Of a stretch of DNA of 64,000 nucleotides, positions 1-13,795 are shown piece by piece; the first letter of the stretch is position 1; each line of letters opens with the position of its first letter. The stretch spans positions 26,758,095 to 26,822,094 of the forward strand of contig NC_081372.1 in assembly GCF_030684315.1 (NCBI RefSeq), read 5' to 3'. The position numbers and the translations under genes were made by a program. The notes under the pieces are model-generated. The model did not search any database. It saw only the letters and a list, made by a program, of their open reading frames with translations, and was not told where the DNA came from. Source of the stretch: Stegostoma tigrinum (lineage: Eukaryota).

Positions 1-1258
1 ATTTCACAGTTGCTTCTGATCTTCCTGTGATCATTAGATTTTAAAGGGGAATAGGAACAGCACTGGGCCATTCTTTCTTGGGGTTTTGTCCACAATTCAT
101 TCAAGAGGAACACAACTGTTCCAATTCTGACTACAAATCCACTTTCCTGCCTGACACCATGAATCCTCCACTTCATTGTGGATCAGAAGTCAAATCTAGT
201 CTTCAACATATTCAATAGACCAACCTACACTAAGTCTCAGAATTGCACGACCCCAGTGAAAATAAGTATAACCTTGAATGACTTAAATAGGAGACCCCTT
301 ATTTTGAAGGCATCTTTCTAGTGTCTACCTTGTCGTCATGTCATGCCCTACCTTAGAATCTTACATGTTGCAGTAAGTATACCTTCTATTCAATTATTTT
401 AGTACAAATTCATTGTATATACACAAATTTGCAGACAAGTACTGTGTTCCCGAGTTCTCTAATCCTAGAATTGGAGCAGGTAGTTCAGCTGTCAGGATAG
501 CACAGGGTCCAGTTCCTCCAGAGACCTATAAAGGAGTTACCCGCACAGCATGTAGTGGTAGTGCAGGTGGATTCAGGAAATGGAACATGTAAATAGGCAC
601 TAATAAACATGACAATTTCTAAAACATTAATCTTTCAAAAGGAAGCTATACATTTACAAATTTCTGTAAGGTTGAGACATGGTCTTATACCAACTGTTGA
701 AAATCAAAGGCTGATATATAAATTAAAGATCTTTCCATAAAAAAGATCTGTTTGGCAGAACAGCAATTAAGAGCAAAACTATTATACAGTAACAAACAGA
801 TTTTAAACCTCTTGGTAGCTGGATGTAAACAATAACAAATAAACTGGGGGGGGGGGGGCAGGGAAGAGAAAAAAAGAGGGGGGGAGAAAGAGGGAAAAAA
901 AAAGAGGGAAATTGAGCAGCATCAGCTTCATCCCAGATTTTTCAGTAATTAATTCAAATGACTTTTGCACCATGCTCAAAAAAAAGTTCCTTTCTGCAGA
1001 GACAGAGGTCAAATATGCACAGCAACAGCAGATTCAGCTAAGAGAACGAGAGAGTCAGAATTAGTTGTTGAAGGACTGCCTCCAGTTTTCAGGCCTCAGT
1101 TTACACAGGACCCAAGGGTGAATATGCATAATGTAACTCACCACTGAATTCTCCCAACATTTGTTTCATTTTCTAACTTTTCAAATATCCCATATCACCA
1201 TAGAATATTGTAGCTTACTCATTTAAAAACACTTCTACATAAAATTTCAAATATTTTA

Positions 1259-1423
<165 letters not shown>

Positions 1424-4400
1424 TTAATCACCCAAGCACCACAGCATTTTAGAAGGCTGACAATACAAACAAAAAGTGTACAGAACAATCTGTTATTTTG
1501 TCGTTTACACCTGGGTTATCAAAAGGATCTCTATTAGTTTCTATCTAAGAAGTTATGATTCAGGCCAGGGTGTTAACTTCTAAATAGCTTTAAGTCATTG
1601 ACAACCGGGGGGGGGGGGGGGGGAAATACTTGTACTTTTACCTACATCACTCTCCAACTCAACTACAAAGTGAAATGTTTTACTATAGAAGAGGGGTCAG
1701 ATCCGTTCCTTAGCAAGACTACTCCTACCAGGTAAAAATCCAGTTTGACCTTGAACCCTGACTTTATTTTAATCTAATTTGCAAGGAATCTTGTGCAATT
1801 GATTTTTGCTTTCTTGTTGGTTACCAAGAATGACCCCCTGGCCTCTGCAAGGAAGTCAGAGGACAGGGCCATTTGTAGGAGGAGGAGGAAGAGGTAACTG
1901 ATATAACACCCAATTCCAAAAAAAAAGAGTTTTCCTAAAGCACTTGAGTAAGGTCCCTGTTCAGGTTTTACTTCAAGGCTTTCTCCAAGATACCAGAAAA
2001 ACAAAATGTATAATTGGGTACTGGGGAGGCAGACCCCCCCTCAGAATCCTCACATTAAATCAAGTGCAGCTGCCGTATCAGGAATGAAATTAAGCATCTT
2101 TCAAAGTAAACTCTTGATTACTTATTGTAATAATTCAGGATGGAAAAGCCTAGGGGGAGGCTCTGACATTTGGATTTGTGGCACATCCTACCCTTGGTGA
2201 AGAGGAAATAAAAGGTGAGTGTCCACAGAGAAAAAGAAATGCAACGCTTTCATAGTAAAATGCAAAAGCATTTTATAAAATCATAATCAAAGCAAATTCA
2301 ATACTGAGCCTCATTGTACACACTGGGACAGATGATTTAAAAGCAGAGGAATGTCTAAAGCAGTATGATGAAGCCAATGAAAGAGGTAGTTCACCAGCAG
2401 CGTTTAGGAATGGAATTCCAGAGGTTAGGGTCTGGATAACCAAGAGTGTCATCACTAATGGTGAAACGGTTAATAAAAAATTAGAGTTGCCCAACAAACC
2501 AGAATTGCAGAAACAAATATTGGAGAGTTATAGGACTTGATGTTAGAGAGATAGGTTGTGGTGTGTATAGGGAAGGATTTGAAACGGAGGATTTGGCACC
2601 TGATATGTTGTTGTTTAATCTGTATTTAGAAAGGACAGGGGTATTTGGTCAGCAGTGCTTGCAGGTTCAGGGATGGGACAGGAAAAGACGTAAAGAGAAG
2701 CTGTAGTTGCTAATTTACTACTGATCAATGTTAAATACATTGTCTTAGAATTTTCTCCAGGTGTTATAAATGGGTTTTCGCAATACCGAGACTTCAACGT
2801 GTGCAAATTTTCTCTGGCTATTCTAAGTGATGATGATAGCCTATTTAAAATTAGTAGCCCTAAGTTAAATCCAATTAGTTAAAATATTCATACCCTAACA
2901 TTTCAGTCCAATTTAATTACAATTTCTATTAATGACATATACTGCTCTGAATAAGGTAAATGGGACAAATGAGTTAGAGTGGGAGGCAATTTTAAAATGT
3001 AAATCTTCAGGTAAGCCAGAGATGCTAAAACTACATGATTCCTCAATAATTTAGTTGCTTGTTAACAATTTAAGATATGCTTAAGTACAAATAAATAATT
3101 CTGTTGGCTAATTCAGAATGCACAAGTAATAATAACAACATGAATCTGCAGCTTTTTATACGTAGTTTATTTAAATTTGGCAATGTTTTGTAACGATCTA
3201 AAATTTTGAATGGAAGTTCATAACAATCTTGCTGAATTGGTTACATTACAGACCAGCTAAACTATTTTGGGGTGAACTATACATCATCAGTGGTCAATTT
3301 AGACGGCTGGAGATGGGGGTACAATTCATACACATGATTCAGGGATTTACTTGGCTACACTATTAAAAGTTCTTTCAAATTTCCTTCAAATTAGTATTAA
3401 ATTACCCACCCGTTTGTCAATCAATACTCATGAACATATTGTAAACAATGAAGTGATCAACACCTGCATACTTTAAATTGAACATTTAGTTCTCAAATGA
3501 ATAACATGCTAATGAAAGTTTGTTTTGCAGCAACGATAAAACAGAAGCAAAAAAACATTTTTTTGAAAGCATTTGTTATGCATTTAAAACAAAATCTTTA
3601 TTTCCTCTTGCAGTTTGCCCAGTATCAGCTGTTGTGGTTTAAACTGACTGCAGAAAACAGTGAAGCTGAAATCTAGCGCATAACTTACGCTCTTGACTGA
3701 CCACAGGAACTTGCATCCTCCCCCACGCTGTTCCAGGTTGCAAATAATTAGGTGCTTGTTCACTTACAATAGCTATATACAGCAAAGAGATCAGTTCTGT
3801 ATTGATTTGAATGAAAGGAATGAACGCCTTTTATTTGGTGGGATGGGCAGGAAAGGATGTCCCAGCATATTTATTTTTTGAATTTAAAGCATGAAAAGGA
3901 TTTGACCCAACTGATTGTTTTCTTCTCATTATTATATTCTAAACCCCTGTTTACAAAAAAACTAATGATAGTCATTTCTTAACAGACGTGAAGTGCCCCA
4001 AGTTGAACAGTTTGATGGTGAAGCAGATCACAAAATGTGCATTATAATAGTTGGACAGAGGGAGGATTTCTTTGGTAAAATTGAACAAGACTTAAAAATG
4101 GACAGCAGCACAAAATTGCCCATTTCTCAAGTGATTTATATTAAAATGATCCCTATGGATTTCTCTACTACGTTCAATTTTTGGAAGTTTCTTTCATATA
4201 GCTGGGATTCAGATGTGTCTCCTTGCCTCATTTTCTTCCATTCTGAAGATTTAGTTATGATTAGTTCTAATGGGTTTTACCCGGCGGTACATGACCAAAG
4301 GTGATCAGCGTTCAAGAAAGTTTATTAACAATGAAACCAGTCAAGTGATTAGACTCCACTGAATTCTGATCAAAGTCCACTCCTCTCATCACATGATTCA

Positions 4401-4776
4401 GCTATCCAATAAAAGTTAAATCATTAGCCCTTGTAGTTTACATTGCTATTTGGATGAACATGAGGTTGATACAATTTTATCCACCTACAGAACAGTTTCC
4501 CTGTCCAGTAAAGCACAAGACCACCAGGAGCTTTTCAGATAATATTGCTCCACAGGCGGAATTAGACAAGACCATATTAGCTCTCCCCCCCCACCCACGC
4601 CACTTAATTACCTACCTTCTGGACATTGTTTATATATTATCAGGCCTAAAATGGATGTCCTGGGTACATAGGAGCCAAATTAAACATCCAAATATTGGGT
4701 CAGGTTATTTTCATTTTTAAGTATGGCAATAGTATCAGAAATAAACAGCACAGAAAAAGGCCCATCTGCCTATTAT

Positions 4777-5470
4777 AGAACATAGACATAGAACATTACA
4801 GCACAGTACAGACCCTTCGGCCCTCGATGTTGTGCTGACCTGTCATACCGATCTGAAGCCCATCTAACCTACACTATTCCATGTACGTCCATATGCTCAT
4901 CCAACGACGACTTAAATGTACCTAAAGTTGGCGAATCTACTACCATTGCAGGCAAAGTGTTCCATTCCCTTACTACTCTGAGTAAAGAAACCACCTCTGA
5001 CGTCTGTCCTATATCTTCCACCCCTCAATTTAAAGCTATGCCCCCTCGTGCTTGCCGTCACCATCCTAGGAAAAAGGCTCTGCCTATCCAACCCTCTGAT
5101 TATTTTATATGTTTATAATTGAAGTCACCTCTCAACCTTCTTCTCTCTAACGAAAACAGCCTCAAGTCCCTTAGCCTTTCCTCACAAGACCTTCCCTCCA
5201 TACCAGGCAACATCCTAGTAAATCTCCTCTGCACCCTTTCCAAAGCTTCCACATCCTTCTTATAATGCGGTGACCAGAACTGTACACAATACTCCAGGTG
5301 CAGCCGCACCAGAGTTTTGTACAGCTTCACCATAACCTCTTGGTTCCGGAATTCGATCCCTCTATTAATAAAAGCTAAAACACTGTATGCCTTCTTATCA
5401 GCCCTGTCAACCTAGGTGGCAACTTTCAAGGATCTGTGTACATGGAAACCGAGATCTCTCTGCTCATGTC
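4777..5470 (-). mobile_element. CR1-type LINE 3' fragment (relatively young)
   Basis: ORF 5100-5333 LYKTLVRLHLEYCVQFWSPHYKKDVEALERVQRRFTRMLPG is the CR1 ORF2 C-terminus; (CATAGAA)n tail at left end. Confidence 0.9.
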
Positions 5471-5497
5471 TGTACTGATCAAAAACAACCACCAACT

Positions 5498-5637
5498 AGC
5501 TTTCCTGCTTGGCCTGCTGTGTTCACCCAGCTCCACAAGCTTTGCTGCTCCTCTGATGCTGCTTGGCCTGCTGTGTTCATTGAGCTCCACACCTTGTTAT
5601 CTCAGATTCTCCAGCATCTGCAGTTCCTACCATCTCT
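5498..5637 (+). mobile_element. Penelope pLTR-derived fragment with partial tandem duplication
   Basis: Two copies of ctgcttggcctgctgtgttca..cagctccaca, ending ctgcagttcctac.atctct, same as the 3' end of the PLE at 52596-53384; accaact on both sides. Confidence 0.8.
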
Positions 5638-5869
5638 ACCAACTGGTCTAATCTCACTTTCCAGCACTTAACTAAAAGCCTTGAATGCCTTGGAGTTGCA
5701 AGTATACATCTAAAGCTTCATACATGTTTGAGGGTTTCTGCCTCTACCTCCCTTACAGGTATAGAGTTCCAGATTCCTACCACCCCCTGGGTGAAAAGGT
5801 TTTTCCTCACATCCTCTCTAAACCTTCTACCCCTTACCTTAAATCTATGCCCCCAGTCATTTGTCCCAT

Positions 5870-7270
5870 CATTATAGAGTAAGAGATGTACAACACAGAA
5901 ACAGACCCTTCAGTCCAACTGGTCCATGCCAACCAGATATTCAATGTTAATCCAGTCCCCTTTACCAGCATTGGGCCCATTACACTCTATATCCTTCCTA
6001 TTCATATGCCCATTCTGATGCCCTTTAAAGTGGTGTAATTGTACCAGCCTCCACCAATCAATTCCATTCGCACACAAAGGTGCGCATGAAAATATTGCAC
6101 CTCAGGTCACTTTTAAATCTTTCCTTTCTCACCTTAAACCCAAGCCCTCTAGTTTTAGACTCCCCTAACCTTAGGAGAAGACCTTGCCTACTTACTCCAT
6201 CTATGGCCCTAATGATTTTATAAGCTTCTTTAAGGTCACCCCTCATCCCCCAACACTCCAGGGAAAATAGCCCCAGCCTATTTGGCCTTTCACCATTACT
6301 GCAACCCTCCAACCCTGGCATCATCCTTGTGAATCTTTTCTGAGCCCTTGCAAATATAACATCTTTCCTATAGCAGGGACGTCAGAATTGAATATAGTAT
6401 TCCAACAGTAGTCTAACCAATGTCCCATACAGCTGCAACATGACCTCCCAACTACAATACTCAATACAATGACCAATAAAAGGCAAGTGTGCCAAGAACT
6501 CTCTTCGTCACACTATCTACCTGCAAATTCACTTTCATGGAACTATTAACCTATAGCCTAAGGCCTCTTGTTCAGCAACTCCCCAGGACCTTATCATTAA
6601 ATGTACAAGTCCTGCTCTGATTTGCCCCAACAAAACGCAACATCTCACATTATCTTAATTAAACTCCATCTGCCACTTCTTGGTCTATTTGCCCATCTGA
6701 TCAAGGTCCTGTTATCCACTCTGAGGTAACCTACTTCACTATCCACGACACCAATTTTGATGCCACCTGCAAACTTATTAACCGTACACCCACCTATATT
6801 CATTTCAAATCATTTATAGAAGTGACAAAAAAAACAAAAACAGTGGACCCAACACTGATCCTTGTGACATACTGTTGATCACAGGCCTCCAGTTCAAAAA
6901 GCAATCCTCCATCACCACCCTGTCTCCTACGTTCCAGCCAATTTTTAATCCAAATGTCTAGTTCCCCCTGTTCCACGTGATCTAATCTTGCTAACCAGCC
7001 TATGTGGAACTATGTCGAATATCTTACTGAAGTCCATAGAGACAACTTCCACTGTTTTGCCTTCATTAATTTTTCATTACTTATTCAAAAAAACCTCAAA
7101 TCATGTCAGTGAGATTTTTCCACAGACAAAGCTACGTTGACTATCCCTAATCAGTCCTTGCATTTCCGGATACATGTAAATCCTGTCCATCAGAATCCCT
7201 TCTAACAACTTACCCACTGCTGACATCAGGTACATTCGTCTATAGTCCTTATCACCTTTCTTAAATAATG
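5870..7270 (-). mobile_element. CR1-type LINE fragment (RT to 3' end), nested in an older CR1-like copy spanning about 4735-7400
   Basis: ORF 6058-6324 CR1 C-terminal motifs (LGLFSLE..MRGDL.EAYKI); degenerate RT on minus strand; older CR1-like 3' UTR resumes on both sides. Confidence 0.85.
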
Positions 7271-8999
7271 GCAAAGGGAAAATAATTGTTGCCTGTCTGC
7301 CTTATCAATGCCCCTCAATTTTATATATCTCAATCATGTCCCCTCTCTATCTCCTCTGCTCTGAAGGAAAACAACCCCAGTCTGTCCATTCTCTCTTCTT
7401 AAACTCTATGATGGATGCAAAATCCAATTTGGCCTCCAAGCAAGGATGCCAATGTCAAAATCGCCAGTCTTCAACAAACTCCATTCACTTCATAACCAAC
7501 CAAGAAATGGCTCAAGATGCCGTATACTGCAAAGTCAAGAAGTCCTGACAATAACCTAGTTACGGTGCTGAAGGCTTATTTTCCAGATCCAGTCATAGAA
7601 AGTTGATCCAGCATCACTACAATGCCAGCATCCACTCAAATGTAGAAAATTATACCCTGGTTGCAAATTGAAGTATTTCTCCTTTTGAGCAAAATTGAAT
7701 CATTAAGCATACAGGAACTGAATTCTAGATTTAAAAAGACCTTAGGTTGGTTATGAGTAAATTAGTTTAAAGAGTAAAAAAATTACCGAATGAATGGCAA
7801 GAGATTACACACTCAAGATACTTCAATCTTTAACGAGCCATTAAATAATAAAGTTACTAAAGCACACACAGCAAATCGTGACTTCAACAGAAAAGGGAAC
7901 TGTATTCAAATTTATTTCAGTGAATATCACTATCTCTCTCTGCATCTTTGCAGAATGTGTTGCTTCGAAAGCTAAAGCAAATATGCATCAATCTATACAC
8001 AAATATAAAGAGAGGACTTTGATTCTGTGGTCAAAGCTCAACTTTTAGAATGTGGTTGTGAGAAAGCAGGAAAATGAGATTAGGGGAAATAGGTTACTGC
8101 ATTTTTTCTATTTTTGTTGGCACTTAGACTGCTTTAAGATGCCCACACAAGGAAAAGTTCACTTAGATCTTGTTAAATAGGGCAAATAACTATTATTAGG
8201 ATTGTCTTGGATGGCCTAAATAAAGTCTATGCTCTTTATAGTCAAAACTGGGTGGTGCTTTCTAAAATTACACAAAAAGGCAGGCATTACAGTGATGTTT
8301 AAACAGGAAAAAAAGGAAGGAGGAAGTGAAAAAAAGAGAAATGGATCGGTACAACAACATGTTTTCTGTTTCAATTTGCAACCCCAACCCAATATCCTAG
8401 TAATTTTTTTGTCTAAATGGTTCAGATCTTCTGCCAACAGCAGAACAGGAGGGCACATCACTGACTCCATTTAAAACTGTCTCTTTTGGAACCTTGGATC
8501 TTTCAATGACATCTTAGCTTGGATTCATGGTCAAGCATAGTCAGGAGGCCATTGGCAAAATGTTGTTTACTGTCTCATATTGTGTATATACTGAAGACTG
8601 GCAAACAGCCACCCACCCCACCACGCTCCACTGAGGTCTGTCTTCAAGTCACTGACAAGCAGTGTTTTTGAATGGCCCTGAACACATCTTTATCAGTTCC
8701 TTCCCAAATGTCAAATTCTGTAGGATATTGGTGAGCACAACCACAAAAATGCTCACCATAGTCTTACCCTCTGACATAAAGAACATGGAGAGCCTGTAAA
8801 AGAAATAAAGGTACTATTCTAAAGGTTGTGCTAGATCAGAGATACCTGCGTGGAAGTGTACACAATTCATTAAAAGGTCCCATGACTGAAAGAGAGGTCT
8901 GCTAATGAACCATTAGTACTTCAGGCTTCATAAGTAGGGCATAGATTGTAAATACAGGGAGGTTATGATTAAATTTACATAAGACACTGTTTAGACCTT

Positions 9000-9214
9000 G
9001 TATCAGAGATAATAGGAACTGCAGATGCTGGAGAATCAGAGATAACAAGATGCAGGGCTGGATGAACACAGCAGGCCAAGCAGCAGAGGAGCAGGAAGAC
9101 TGATGTTTCTGGCCTAGACGCTTCATTAGGAGGGTCTAGGCCTGAAACGTCAGCCTTCCTGCTCCTATGATGCTGCTTGGCCAGCTGCGTTCATCCAGCT
9201 CTACACCTCGTTAT
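9000..9214. mobile_element. Palindromic (two inverted arms) Penelope pLTR derivative with 15-bp TSD
   Basis: Left arm is the reverse complement of the pLTR, right arm the forward partial pLTR; TSD cactgtttagacctt at 8985-8999 and 9215-9229. Confidence 0.9.
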
Positions 9215-9654
9215 CACTGTTTAGACCTTAACTGGAGGAGCACTGTGTACAGTTTTGAGTGCCACAGTATATGAAGGCTATGAATATACTGGAGTACAGA
9301 AGAGGTTTGAGAATGGTTCCAGGGATGAGGCACTTCATTAATGAGGAAAGACTGGAGAGGTTGAGACCATTTTCTCTGGAGAGGGGAAGGCTAAGAGAAG
9401 AGTTAATAGAAGTTTTCAAAATCATAAGAGTGGATAGGGAGAAGCTTCCAACCTGTTAGTGGATTGAGAACCAGAGGGCATAGTCTTAAATTGTTTTGCA
9501 TAAGAACCAAATGCAACATCAGTAAAACCCTTTTCCACACGGTCAAGGTAGAAACAATGACTTAACTGAATCAATTTAAAATAATCATCCTATGTGCAGG
9601 GTTGTGGGGAAGTGTAAGGAGAGTGGCATTGGGTTAAAATGGCCAGATGGGAGG

Positions 9655-9656
<2 letters not shown>

Positions 9657-9688
<32 letters not shown>
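9657..9688. repeat. (CAGA)n microsatellite
   Basis: gaga cagacagacagacagacagacagacaga. Confidence 0.95.
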
Positions 9689-10419
9689 GGGTATCCCCTC
9701 CCCAACTCTGGGCACTGTCAACTCCTCAAAAAGTAGAAGTTAGACAAATTGAAAACTTAAGAAGGTTTAAAGTTTAAAATCTAACCAAGAGTGACAAATT
9801 TTTGTTAGGGAAAAGGTATTAAAAAGGTTACAGAACGAAGTTGGATTGGTAAATTGAAGGAAGAGATCAACCATAATATAAACTAAGCAGCGGAAAACGT
9901 ACAGAGGCTGGACAGCCTAATCCTACATTGGGTGTGCCTTGTTTTCCTCCAATTGTCCCTTAGTTTTGAAGGCACATCTTCGAATTCACCTCTTTGGTCA
10001 TGATCTTAATATCATCTTTGGTAAAATGCCACTTTTTAACCCAATTCCACTATTGTGGAGTTCCCAGTGGTATTTTTCCCATGTTAACACATTACATAAA
10101 TTCAGGCTACTGGTGTGGAGCTCTTACACATAGGATAAACACAGCTAAAAAGTATATTACACATAGCATAAAGTTACCAGTTTTCTGCAAGAAATGGTTA
10201 GATTTACTTTTTTCTCCAGCCAACTGTGGAAATTTTATGGCTATGGCAATAGCAATTTAAATGCCCAACTTACTAATGTGCAAGTGGCTTATTTCTTGTT
10301 GCTGTTAAATTTGAGACAAACAAGAAGTGCTTTGATAAAAAAATCTTGAAGAACACTAGCGGGAAACACCTACTCTTTACAGTCTCAAAAAGAGAAAGAA
10401 AGTGAAATAGAATTAAACA

Positions 10420-11280
10420 ATAAGAAAATCGAGCAGAGTAGCATAAGTAGGTCATTTCAAGCCATCGAGTCTGTTCTGTCATCGACTAAGATCATGGCTG
10501 ATCTAAAAATCCTCTACTCCACTTGCATGCTTTTTCCTATTACCCTCGATTGCCTTACTGATTTAAAAAACTGCCTCTCGGAAACTTGAATATACTTAAT
10601 GACTCATCCTCAACAGACCTCAACATTAAATAATTCTACAGATTTATTACTCTCAGAAGAAATTCCTCCTCACCTAATGTCTTGAACATACAACCCTTGT
10701 TTGTGAAATTATGCCCTCAGGACCTGGACATTCCCACACAGGGAAACAATCATTCCACATCTAACTGACCAAGTTCCCCAAGTGTCTTGTGTATTTGCTT
10801 CAGAGGATTTCTTCCCTAAGGCCATTTATGGGTTAAACCTACAGTATGAGTTTGGCAGTGGTTCAAGAAGGCAGTTCACCACCACCTTCTCAAGGGTAAC
10901 CAGGGATGGCAATAAATGCTGGACAGCCAGTGATTCCCATGTCTGACCAGTGAATAATAAAACACCTCCAATGAGTACAGGTCAAACCTATTCAACCTCT
11001 CCTCATTAAACATTCCCTCCCATATCTGGTGTCTGCCTGTGCACCTCCTCTAGACTGGATTGGAAGGGGGCAGTCTATCCTCCCTTGACAAACTATTCGG
11101 TATTACAGCAGACGTCTGGCCTTGCATAGTTTGAGAAAAACCTCTCTACATTTATATTCCTCTCCCTTTGAAATAAAGGTCAATATTCCATATGCTTTCC
11201 CTATTCCCCACTGAACTAGGATGTTAGCTTTTTGTGAATCGTGGACAAGGACTCTGAAATCCCTCCACTCGAGCTTTCTG
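10420..11280 (-). mobile_element. Old CR1-type LINE 3' fragment with an internal Deu-SINE-like tail piece (about 10800-10960)
   Basis: gagtag...gccatcgagtctgttc...taagatcatggctgatct 3' UTR pattern shared with copies at 21150, 32870, 42110; gcagttcaccaccaccttctcaaggg...caataaatgctgg insert. Confidence 0.65.
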
Positions 11281-11519
11281 TATTAAGTTTCAATGTATCT
11301 GGGAGTATGCAGTTGCTGAATTTTACACATCAAAAGCTTGGATGGTGTCAGCATGGGTGTGTTAACATGAATGTTTTGTCAACATGCACTTGCTACATGT
11401 AATAGACACCAATACAGTTAACAATCAAATAAGGCAAAAAGTTTGACACTTAAATGACATGACACTAAATAAAGTAATATCATACCAGAGGAAACTATCA
11501 CTGCTCTGTTTGACACTGG

Positions 11520-11710
11520 AGGCTGATTAGCTCTGTTTGGTAGATTGCTAGTGACATCGACAGTGAAGGCTCAATGCCACCATTGCTGGAGGCTGCCACG
11601 AAGGTCATACCTTCATGACTTTGCCCCTTACCTGAGGACCCACAGGCTAAACTCACCACCAGTCATTTCTCAAAATGACTGAACAGCCCTCTGGGATCGT
11701 GGTGACTAGT
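11520..11710 (+). mobile_element. tRNA-derived SINE, third family (other copies on minus strand at about 50660-50785 and 59940-60115)
   Basis: Shared pattern ggct.attagctc.gtt.g...catgaagg.c..ccttc...cttgcccctt.cctgagg...ctcagg.taaacc.accaccagtcat.tctc in three places. Confidence 0.55.
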
Positions 11711-12519
11711 CTTTTTCCATAAAAACTTCTACTTCACAAGTTGTGGCTGATAGAATCTTTTATTTCATACATGCAATTGAGTTGCCGTCTCTTTGCACAA
11801 CAGAAGGTTTAAAACTCATTTCTCCAAAGCGATGGTACTCACAGAAGTATGCAATTCAAAAGAATGCTTTGACGTGGAGTGTTCATACAGAATTCTGGCT
11901 TATTGAGGCTAAATTTAACAACATGATTCTCAGCCATAACTGGCAATGAAATCGCAAATAAAAAAGTTTTACTCCCAAACACGTATGTAAAAAGGTAAAT
12001 CTGAGTACCGAGTATTATTCATCGCTTATTTTCTGATCTTCAGGCTATATAAATAGTTCCCACATAAATTCTAAAAAAGTATAAAATCTTTATTCAATGC
12101 ATATTAGGACTGGCTGCCATCTTCCAGGAAGGGCGATACAATAGCAAACTACAGCTTGTATGCAAATATTGCCCTTCATTAACTTTTATATTGACTTTAC
12201 ATTAGTGATATCAAACAAATTTTGAAACGTAGTCACACAAGGAGATTTTCAGGCAGATTGCTGAAGGCTTGATTAAAGAGATCAGTTCAGTAACATTTCA
12301 AAGAAGGAAAGAGACAACGATGAAATGGTGAGGCTTAATGATATGGCAACTGTGGTTAATGGGTGGTAGTGGTGGTACAATTAAAAAAAATCAAGGATAT
12401 GCAAGAGACCATGATTGGAGGGACAGAGATATCTCAAAGTGTTGTAGGAGCTAGAGTAGATGAGTGAGGCAGGAAGGGGTGGTGCCATGGACAGATTTGA
12501 AAACAAAGATGAGAACTTT

Positions 12520-13190
12520 GCTGATCTTTAAGGGGTCCTATTCTGTCCCTAGTTTCCCTTTTGACCTTAAATGTATTTGTAGAATCCCTTCGGATTCTCC
12601 TGAACCTTATTTGCCAAAGCTATCTCATGTTCCCTTTTGCCCTCCTGATTTCCCTCTTAAGTATACTTTTAATATCTTTATACTCTTCTAGGGATTCACT
12701 GTATCTCTGTTGTCTATACCTAACATAGGTTTTGGTTAGGAATAAGAAGGAAGCCTCTCTGGTCATCCAGCATTCCCTACATCTACCAGCCTTGCACTTC
12801 ACCCTAACAGGAAGATACTGTATGTGGACTTTCGTTCTCTCATTTTTGATGCTTTCCATTTTCCAGCCATCCCTTTACTTGTGAACACCTATCCCCAAAA
12901 AAACTTTTGAATGATCTTGCCCAATACTGTCAAAATTGGCCTTCCACCGATTTAGAACTTTAACTTTTCGATCTGGTCTATCCTTCTCCATCACTATCTT
13001 AAAACTAGTTAGAATTATGGTCACTGGCCCAAAGTGACCCACCATTGACACCTTAGTCGCCTGCCCTGCCTTGTTTCCACAAGAGTCGGACACGTTTTGC
13101 TCCGTCTCTAGTCAGTACACCCACATACTAAATCAGAAAAGTTTCTTGTGCACATTTCAATTCCTCTCCATCCAAGCCCTTAACACAATT
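12520..13190 (-). mobile_element. CR1 ORF2 fragment (endonuclease-RT linker region)
   Basis: ORFs 12620-12859 and 12875-13093: FKIVMEKDR...KVLN.WKANFDSI, YLPVRVK.K...RE.WMTR, LKREIRRAK. Confidence 0.8.
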
Positions 13191-13199
13191 TGGCAACAC

Positions 13200-13795
13200 A
13201 GACATAGGTGTACAGGGAGTACAATTGGGGACTGCGGACACATCCAGGTGGGGGGGCCGCCAAGGTTGAGTGTTATTGTGAAGGAGGTACAGTTACCTAT
13301 CCTTTACTGATTGCAGCCTGTGGGACAGAAAACTGACGATCCAGTTGCAGTGGGTGGAGCCAAGATCAAAGTCACAGAGTTTTGAGATCAGTTTGGAGGG
13401 GATAAATGTTGTTGAAGGTGGAGCTATAGTCAATGAGCAGGAGTCTGACATAGGTGTCTTTGTCATCCAGATGTTCCAGGGATGAATGCAGGGCAAGGAA
13501 TGTAGCATCCTCTGTGAACCTGTTACATTGGTAGGGGATCAAGGTAGGATGGGAGACTGGAGCTGATGTGGGCTGTGACCAGCCTCTCGAAGCACTTCAC
13601 AATTTGTGAACTTGGAGCTATTGGGTGGTGGTTATTAAGGCACACGGTTTTTTTGGATACAGGGATATGGTGGTTTTCTTGAAGCAGGTAGAGACTTCGA
13701 CTTGTAGGAGGGAGAGGTTGAAAATGACGTTGGCGAATACCTCCATCACTTGGTCCGCATAGGATCAGAGTGCTCAGCCAGGGACACCATCCGGA
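13200..13795 (-). mobile_element. Rex1/Babar-like non-LTR RT fragment
   Basis: Frameshifted IPSKLISKLCDFDLGSTHCNWIVSFLSHRLQSVK preceded by LF/IDYSS.FNT-like codons; upstream YRP.AL...VMKCFERLV (gcacttcac/tctcgaagca). Confidence 0.7.

Larger units (their letters stand above)
8740..9930 (+). mobile_element. Degenerate CR1 LINE fragment, interrupted by a PLE derivative and a (CAGA)n repeat
   Basis: ORF 9259-9459 ERLERLRPFSLERGRLREELIEVFKII; upstream LHKTLFRP..EHCVQF motif split by the 9000-9214 insertion. Confidence 0.8.

Noticed and set aside
7400-7660. RTE-like LINE remnant (...YGAE. motif)
   Set aside because: Too degenerate to support without a profile search.
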